Below, one piece after another: positions 57,881 to 64,000 of a stretch of 64,000 nucleotides of DNA. Position numbers and translations under genes: made by a program. The stretch covers positions 1,600,001-1,664,000 of the forward strand of contig CATQHZ020000001.1 in assembly GCA_958296135.2 (NCBI GenBank). Reading direction: 5' to 3'. The notes below the pieces were generated by a model. It had not been told where the DNA came from. It searched no databases and was given only the letters and a program-made list of their open reading frames with translations. Position 1 is the stretch's first letter. Each line of letters begins with the position of its first letter. Origin of the DNA: an uncultured Poribacteria bacterium (lineage in GTDB: Bacteria; Poribacteria; WGA-4E; WGA-3G).

Positions 57881-59506
57881 CTACTCCCCTTCCCGATACT
57901 TCAATTCCGGCCAAATTGAACGCATTTGCCACACATCCAGTGACAAGACTTTCGCTTCCCCGCCGATGGCGAAGAGCGAAATACCCCGACTTTCTTCCCG
58001 TAGCGGATAGACGCGCGCAACGGCGCATTGCTGTGAGAACAGCGGAAAAATCTTGTCAACGCCTTTCCGCGGAAACGCCCATGCCGGCAAACACTCTCCG
58101 TTATCTGCGAAGACTTCAATGAGACTCCTATCAATGAAAACGCGCAGCCGCACCCTACCGTCACTGCTTAGTCGAAACGGCGCGTTTTCGGGTGGCTTAC
58201 CCGCAAGATCGGTGCGCAAGGAAGAATAGGAGGTATCGATCTGCAGACTATCGTTGGTTTTTCCATGCCCGTGGTTGTAAACGGAGATCTTCGTCCGCTC
58301 AGAGCCGCAAGGTGAGCGCAGCACCTGCAAGCCAATCTCTCGCGCCGTGCCTATGTCCAGCGTCACTTCTATCTCAATCGCTTTGCCGCCGATGCCATTA
58401 TCCAAAAGATGTTCTTCGTTAGCGGCCAACGCGATATCTTCCAGGCGACGGTGGTGATAGCGTAACGCCTTTACTTCCTCGACCGGCTCCATCGCTAACA
58501 TATTGTCGCCTCGCAAGGAGAGGTGCCATGGCAACGTCATGCACAATCCCGATGTAGCCTCTGCACCGCGTCTTCCATCGGAGCAGTTTAAAATGGCGAG
58601 GAGGCGGCCGCTCGCGTCTATCGTCGCAGAGGGACACGAGACAATCCCGCCGCCAAAGTGCCCATGGTTAATTCGCCCGTGGTATTCCGGCGTGAACGTG
58701 TGCGTCTCCGTGTCATATTCGCCGATGTAATAGCGCGCGGCGCGTTTATGACTGAAGAGGAGCAAGATGTGCTTGCCGTGCCCAATAGGCAGGAAATTTG
58801 GCACCGCGCCATCTTCGCCGAGCTCGCAGAATACATCGTCAATCAGCAACGGATGTAGATACTCCCAGTGCGTCAAATCTTTGGAATAGAACAGATGCGA
58901 GGCAGAACGCCGACGCTCGCGGATATAGCCGCCGATAGAAGTGCCCGAAATCGAATAATACCCATCCGCCTCTTTCCAAATACACGGGTCGAAGACGTTG
59001 TAGGGACGCTCATATTCATCGGTTTCAACATTCGGGATGACCGGATTATTCGGATGCTTTTTCCAATTTAAGAGGAGCGGGTCTGTGGCAGTAGCAATGC
59101 TATTCCCCGACATCTTGCCGTGATACATTACGACGACTCGCTCATCTTCCACGAGTGCCTGCCCACTGAAGCAGTGCAGTTCGGTATCCGGATAGAGCGC
59201 GGGCGGCAGATCTCGCCAATGCACCAGGTCATCGCTATAGCAGTGGCCCCAGTGGACCCGGTTGCCATCCGGCGGCCCGAATTGGTAAAACAGATGATAC
59301 CTGCCTTGCCACTGGCACAGCCCATTCGCATCGCCCATGCCGTAGAGGGAGGATATATGGTAGATGGGCCGATACGGTTCTTCTGCCCATTGTTCCCGCA
59401 GTTGCGTATAATAGCGCGCTGTCTCATCCGTTTCCAGCGCGGCGAGTTGTTCGGGCTCTGTATCCGGATAGGTTTTGCCTGCTAATTTTTCCCAGTTATC
59501 GGCCAT
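57881..59506 (-). CDS. Glycoside hydrolase family 32-like protein
   Basis: RPIYH, GDANG, YHLFYQ, HWGH..S.DLVHW, CFSG, FDP and LRVFIDRSLIEVF motifs; start MADNWEK after GGAGG. Confidence 0.85.
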   Translation of the reverse strand: MADNWEKLAGKTYPDTEPEQLAALETDETARYYTQLREQWAEEPYRPIYHISSLYGMGDANGLCQWQGRYHLFYQFGPPDGNRVHWGHCYSDDLVHWRDLPPALYPDTELHCFSGQALVEDERVVVMYHGKMSGNSIATATDPLLLNWKKHPNNPVIPNVETDEYERPYNVFDPCIWKEADGYYSISGTSIGGYIRERRRSASHLFYSKDLTHWEYLHPLLIDDVFCELGEDGAVPNFLPIGHGKHILLLFSHKRAARYYIGEYDTETHTFTPEYHGRINHGHFGGGIVSCPSATIDASGRLLAILNCSDGRRGAEATSGLCMTLPWHLSLRGDNMLAMEPVEEVKALRYHHRRLEDIALAANEEHLLDNGIGGKAIEIEVTLDIGTAREIGLQVLRSPCGSERTKISVYNHGHGKTNDSLQIDTSYSSLRTDLAGKPPENAPFRLSSDGRVRLRVFIDRSLIEVFADNGECLPAWAFPRKGVDKIFPLFSQQCAVARVYPLREESRGISLFAIGGEAKVLSLDVWQMRSIWPELKYREGE

Positions 59507-59562
59507 ATCAAGTCCTCCAGAGCCGGTAGGCGCGCTTTCAAAGCGCGCCGAAGCGAAGCAAA

Positions 59563-61119
59563 TCATTCATAGATGTTCTTCATCTGCCATGCATCCAGCG
59601 ATTTGAGTTCGCACGCTTGCCCTTGCGAACGTAACGAGACACCGATACTCTCTTCCTTGTCCGGATAGACGCGCATCGCCACGCATTGCCGTCCATTGGC
59701 GAAAACCTCGAGGACACTCCTGTCAACGAATACGCGCAACTTGAGCGTCTCGTCTGGCGCGATGGAAACCGCGCCTGTCTCCGGCGCGCGCGAAAGCACA
59801 TCAGGGGCAATCGAGGAATACGATGAGTCGATTGTGAGTAGGCTATCGCGAACGCGGCCCGCCGCATCTGGATTTCGCAAACCGCGCTCTCTGAAGAAGG
59901 CGATACGGGTAAACTCCTCTTTCTGCGGCGAACGCAGGACATTCAACTCAACCATTGGCGCGGACTTCACATCGATTTCGACTTCAAGTTCCATCGCGTT
60001 GCCGTTGATGTTCTCAAGCACGACTTCCTCGTTCGCGGGGAGCGTCATCGTATTCACGTGCTGATGTGCATAGCGCAACGATTCAATGTCGCCGGTAGGT
60101 TCAACGCCGATTTCGTCCTTGGAGAGGAGCGTCAAGCGGCGCGGCAACGTCATAATCTGATTCCAGCCTTTCGTCGGCTTCGCGGGATTCATGTTATAGA
60201 GGACGATGAGCCCGCCTTTGCCATCCGGGGTCGCGGAGGGAGCATGCACGCCAGCCGGAGATGCGGCACCGAAGTTGTTTTTCGCGCCTGCTGTCACGAC
60301 AAACTTGTCGCGCTCGGTGTCATAATCGCCGAGCAAATACTGCCCGCCGCTCATGTGACTGAAAAAGAGAAGCATGTGCCGGTCGCCGATGGGCCAGAAG
60401 TAGGGACACGCGCCATCATCGCCTACTAGTGTATACATGTCGTCCTCAACGAAGGGATGCAGATAGACCCAGTTTGCCAAGTCTGCGGAACGGAGGAGGA
60501 AATTGGCGCGGACTCGCTTGCCGCCTGGCCCGTGCGGGAGTGTCCCACCCGATAGCGAGTAATACATTCCGTCCTTCTTCCAAATACAGGGGTCAAAGAC
60601 GCGGTAAACAGGTGTTGTGCCATCGGCGTGCTTCGCGGGAATTACCGCCTTGCCAGAAACCTTCTCCCAATTTAGCAGAAGCGCATCGCTGGAGACTGCC
60701 ACCATGTTGCCGACCACGGTGCCGTGATACATCGCGATGACTCTGTCTTCTTCGACAAGCGTCGCGCCGGAGAAACAGCACCGTTCAGGATTGGGATAGA
60801 TGGCATACGGCAGGTCGCGCCAGTGGATGAGATCATCGCTGATGGCATGTCCCCAGTGCTGCCTCGGGTCTTCCGGCGGATACGCCTGATAGAAGAGATG
60901 CCACCGGTCCTGCCAGAAACAGAGCCCGTTCGGATCGTTGAGCGTATGTTCGGGGTTGACATAGTGGTAAATCGGACGATGCGCATCGCCCTCAAACGCC
61001 TTGCGCGCCGCGTTCATCCGCTGTAGCAACGGATTCGTCGCGAGTTGTGCCTCCTGCGCCTCCTGCGTCTCCGCGAAGGTATAGTGCGGCACTTTTGAGG
61101 TATAGTCTTCGTTCGCCAT
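59563..61119 (-). CDS. Glycoside hydrolase family 32-like protein
   Basis: RPIYH, LNDPNG, HWGHAISDDLIHW, FDP and LRVFVDRSVLEVF motifs; start MANEDYT. Confidence 0.88.
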   Translation of the reverse strand: MANEDYTSKVPHYTFAETQEAQEAQLATNPLLQRMNAARKAFEGDAHRPIYHYVNPEHTLNDPNGLCFWQDRWHLFYQAYPPEDPRQHWGHAISDDLIHWRDLPYAIYPNPERCCFSGATLVEEDRVIAMYHGTVVGNMVAVSSDALLLNWEKVSGKAVIPAKHADGTTPVYRVFDPCIWKKDGMYYSLSGGTLPHGPGGKRVRANFLLRSADLANWVYLHPFVEDDMYTLVGDDGACPYFWPIGDRHMLLFFSHMSGGQYLLGDYDTERDKFVVTAGAKNNFGAASPAGVHAPSATPDGKGGLIVLYNMNPAKPTKGWNQIMTLPRRLTLLSKDEIGVEPTGDIESLRYAHQHVNTMTLPANEEVVLENINGNAMELEVEIDVKSAPMVELNVLRSPQKEEFTRIAFFRERGLRNPDAAGRVRDSLLTIDSSYSSIAPDVLSRAPETGAVSIAPDETLKLRVFVDRSVLEVFANGRQCVAMRVYPDKEESIGVSLRSQGQACELKSLDAWQMKNIYE

Positions 61120-61540
61120 GACAATTCTCCTGTTGAGTAATCTAATATCCTTGAGCATAGCATAGAATGGATTGTATATCCAGACAATTTTTATTTTTAC
61201 CTATGCCTCATTTGACACCTATTCGGCATAGCGAAGGGCCAGGACTATTTAGTTTCCATATTTTCGCCCTCCTCAGTAGGGACCTTGGCCTGTCCGAAGG
61301 ATCCAGAGCCCATTCAGTTCTGACAGTTCGGGCTCCCGATGTCACTAACATCGGCGGGTTGCGAGCCCGAACTACGCGGGTGGGGACAAGCACCGCATGA
61401 AAAACTAAGTAGTCTTGGCGAGGAACAGGCCCCTCGCCCTACGTAATCACACGCTTCAGACAATTAGAAAATCGCCGCTTGACTCAAATCCGAAATTCTG
61501 ATACAATCCCTCCAAAACCGATTCCAACCGGAGAAACATC

Positions 61541-62827
61541 ATGCCTACATCCCCCAACATCCTCTTGATTCTCGCCGATGACCACGGTTACGGCGACTTG
61601 TCCGTGCATAACGGGCCTTCTATCCAGACACCGAACCTCGACAGAATCGCCTCAGGCGGCACGCGTTTCACGCGGTTTTATGCCAACTCCTCGGTCTGCT
61701 CTCCGAGCCGCGCGTCACTCATGACCGGTAGATTTCCCGACAGGGTCGGCGTGCCGGGCGTGATTCGCACGCATGCGGATAACAGTTGGGGCTACTTCCG
61801 CCAAGATGCAGTCACGCTTCCTTCAATGCTCAAGCGAAAAGATTATCACACTGCGCTCATCGGCAAATGGCACCTTGGGCTTGAACCAGAGAATCACCCG
61901 TGTCAGCGAGGGTTCGATCATTTCCACGGCTTCCTCGGCGATATGATGAACGACTATTACACGCACCTCCGACACGGTATTAACTATATGCGGCGCGGCT
62001 TTGACACCATCGACCCGAGGGGACACGCCACGGATCTCTTCACGGAATGGAGTGTGGAGTTTCTTCGGGCGCAAGCGCAGTCATCGCAGCCGTTTTTCCT
62101 CTATCTCGCCTATAATGCGCCGCACACGCCGATCCAACCTCCCGATGAGTGGGTAGCGCGCGTCCGTGAACGCGAGCCGGATATTTCTCCACAGCGCGCG
62201 AAATATATCGCGCTCGTTGAGCACATGGATGCCGGTATCGGTAGGGTGCTGGATACACTTGAAGCGACCGGACAGCTGTCCAATACGCTCGTCATCTATA
62301 CCTCCGACAACGGTGGTGACATGAACGTCGGCGCGCATAACGGACCGTTGCGTGGACAAAAAGGGGATATGTATGAAGGCGGCATCCGAGTCCCCGCGTG
62401 CGCGATGTGGCCTGGGCATATCCCTGAAGGACATGTCACGGATCAGGTTGCGATGCTCATGGATCTTTTCCCGACAGCGTGTGAGGTGGCCGATGTGCCG
62501 CTCACGCACGAGATTGAGGGACGTTCTATCTGGCAGACACTCCAAGGCGAACGACAGGATTTTTCCGAGCGCGTCCTCTATTGGCTGCGCAGAGAGGGGA
62601 ATCAACGGTTTCTGGGGCAGTGCCAGCATGCCATCCGCCTCGGCGATATTAAGTTGTTGCACAACAGTCCGTTTGAGCCGTTGGAACTCTACGATCTCGC
62701 CATGGATCCGCAGGAGACCACGGATGGCGCGCGGGCAGAGGCGGAGCTCTTTAGAGAGATGAGCGTTCTGTTTCAGGCAGAAACGCAGAAGGCGGGGAGT
62801 GTGCCGTGGCAACGCGGCGCGCCCTAA
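61541..62827 (+). CDS. Sulfatase (arylsulfatase A-like)
   Basis: LADDHG, CSPSR, GKWHLG, APHTP, SDNG and YEGGIRVP motifs; TTGACT/TACAAT promoter at 61479-61507. Confidence 0.92.
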   Translation: MPTSPNILLILADDHGYGDLSVHNGPSIQTPNLDRIASGGTRFTRFYANSSVCSPSRASLMTGRFPDRVGVPGVIRTHADNSWGYFRQDAVTLPSMLKRKDYHTALIGKWHLGLEPENHPCQRGFDHFHGFLGDMMNDYYTHLRHGINYMRRGFDTIDPRGHATDLFTEWSVEFLRAQAQSSQPFFLYLAYNAPHTPIQPPDEWVARVREREPDISPQRAKYIALVEHMDAGIGRVLDTLEATGQLSNTLVIYTSDNGGDMNVGAHNGPLRGQKGDMYEGGIRVPACAMWPGHIPEGHVTDQVAMLMDLFPTACEVADVPLTHEIEGRSIWQTLQGERQDFSERVLYWLRREGNQRFLGQCQHAIRLGDIKLLHNSPFEPLELYDLAMDPQETTDGARAEAELFREMSVLFQAETQKAGSVPWQRGAP

Positions 62828-63012
62828 AGATTCATTTGCATTTTTCGCGGGAATAGGGTATCATAATTGCTATGCTCAATTTTCCGCGGGAAGGAGATTG
62901 CAATTTTGTGCAAAGAGATTGTAACCGACGCGACAACGCTAGAACCGGAAACGGCAGCGGAAAACGCAGCTGCCGTTATCTTGAGAGACAAACGGATTGA
63001 AAGGCATAAACA

Positions 63013-64000
63013 ATGATAACTCCCAACAACCTCACTCTCTGGTATCAAAAACCGGCCGAAGAATGGACAGACGCACTCCCCATCGGAAACGGGCGGCTCG
63101 GAGCCATGGTCTTCGGGGGTGTGGCACGCGAACGCATCCAACTCAACGAAGAAACGCTTTGGGACGGCGGCCCTCGCGATACCACGAACCCGAAAGCAGT
63201 CGCGGCTCTGCCAAAAGTGCAACAACTCCTTTTTGACGATAAAAACGACGAGGCGACAAAACTCGCCGGCGAAACGATGCTCGGCATCCCGGAACGCATC
63301 AAATCTTACCAATCCCTAGGCGAGCTGGTTCTGGATTTCTCCCACGATGGCGAGATAACCGATTACCGGCGTGAACTGGCACTAGATACCGGCATCGCGC
63401 GGACAACCTATCGCTGCAGCAATGCAACCTTTACACGCGAAGTGTTCGCAACAGCCGTGGACAACCTGATCATCGTCCGAGTGGCATGTGACAAGGCAGA
63501 CGCTATCAACGTTGATGCAACCATGACGCGGCAACAAGGGGCTATCGCCAACGCTATCTATCACGATACCCTTAGGCTTGATGGCGAATGTAGCGATGAG
63601 GGGATGCGGTTTTCTGCCTACCTGCAGATGTGGGAAGAAGGCGACAACGTGGAAGTGCCTGAGTCAGTTGAAGACCGGATTCGTGTCCGCGGCGCGGATG
63701 CTGTTACGTTGGTGCTCTCAGCGGCGACAAGTTACGTAGATCAGAATGGTGCCTCTGCCGAACCACACAACCGGTGCGAAAACATCTTCAAAACGCTAGG
63801 CGGTAAACCTTACAAAGAAATCAAGGCGGACCACGTCGCCGAGCATCAATCTCTTTTCCGGCGGGTTGAATTGGATTTAGGCGAGACGGAGGCAGTCAAC
63901 CTTCCCACCGATGCACGCTTGGAATCGGTGAAGGCTGGTGGGTTCGATCCGCATCTCATCGTGCTCTATTTCCAATTCGGACGGTACCTACTGATGGGCA
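63013..64000 (+). CDS. Glycoside hydrolase family 95 (alpha-L-fucosidase-like), partial
   Basis: Absent from the ORF track (runs off the end). MITPNNLTLWYQKPAEEWTDALPIGNGRLGAMVFG...YFQFGRYLLMG. Confidence 0.9.
   Translation, partial: MITPNNLTLWYQKPAEEWTDALPIGNGRLGAMVFGGVARERIQLNEETLWDGGPRDTTNPKAVAALPKVQQLLFDDKNDEATKLAGETMLGIPERIKSYQSLGELVLDFSHDGEITDYRRELALDTGIARTTYRCSNATFTREVFATAVDNLIIVRVACDKADAINVDATMTRQQGAIANAIYHDTLRLDGECSDEGMRFSAYLQMWEEGDNVEVPESVEDRIRVRGADAVTLVLSAATSYVDQNGASAEPHNRCENIFKTLGGKPYKEIKADHVAEHQSLFRRVELDLGETEAVNLPTDARLESVKAGGFDPHLIVLYFQFGRYLLMG

Noticed and set aside
1-64000. tRNA or rRNA genes
   Set aside because: None recognised by eye; intergenic hairpins are explained by REP families.

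Overview
Bacterial chromosomal window of moderate GC. It is most likely Candidatus Poribacteria (inference from a LamG protein ending in the 'GKLASTWGRIK' tail, three PhyH dioxygenases, sulfatases, GH32/GH95 and many TPR proteins). Housekeeping genes (gap, tpiA, secG, uxaC, trmJ, aspS, der, ubiX, ubiA-like) alternate with accessory and defence loci. These loci are: a TnpB-only IS607-like element splitting a nuclease gene at a GG; a type III Mod gene frameshifted at a G9 tract; a PLD-helicase / MTase / DprA-like / RelE cluster; a tandemly duplicated AAA-ATPase + small nuclease-like pair; and a tandem duplication of a Tat-exported SOD. Two patterns stand out. (1) A ~80-aa module (LF..L..G..S..LR..F..LS..V..W.I.D..Y.I..LNVY) sits in-frame inside AspRS and occurs three times, once nested inside itself, inside an SH3-like protein, as expected of a mobile protein domain. 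(2) Several GTAG-REP families are dense here, are translated in-frame inside proteins, and supply the TAG stop of many genes. All product calls come from motif recognition by eye; no searches were run.
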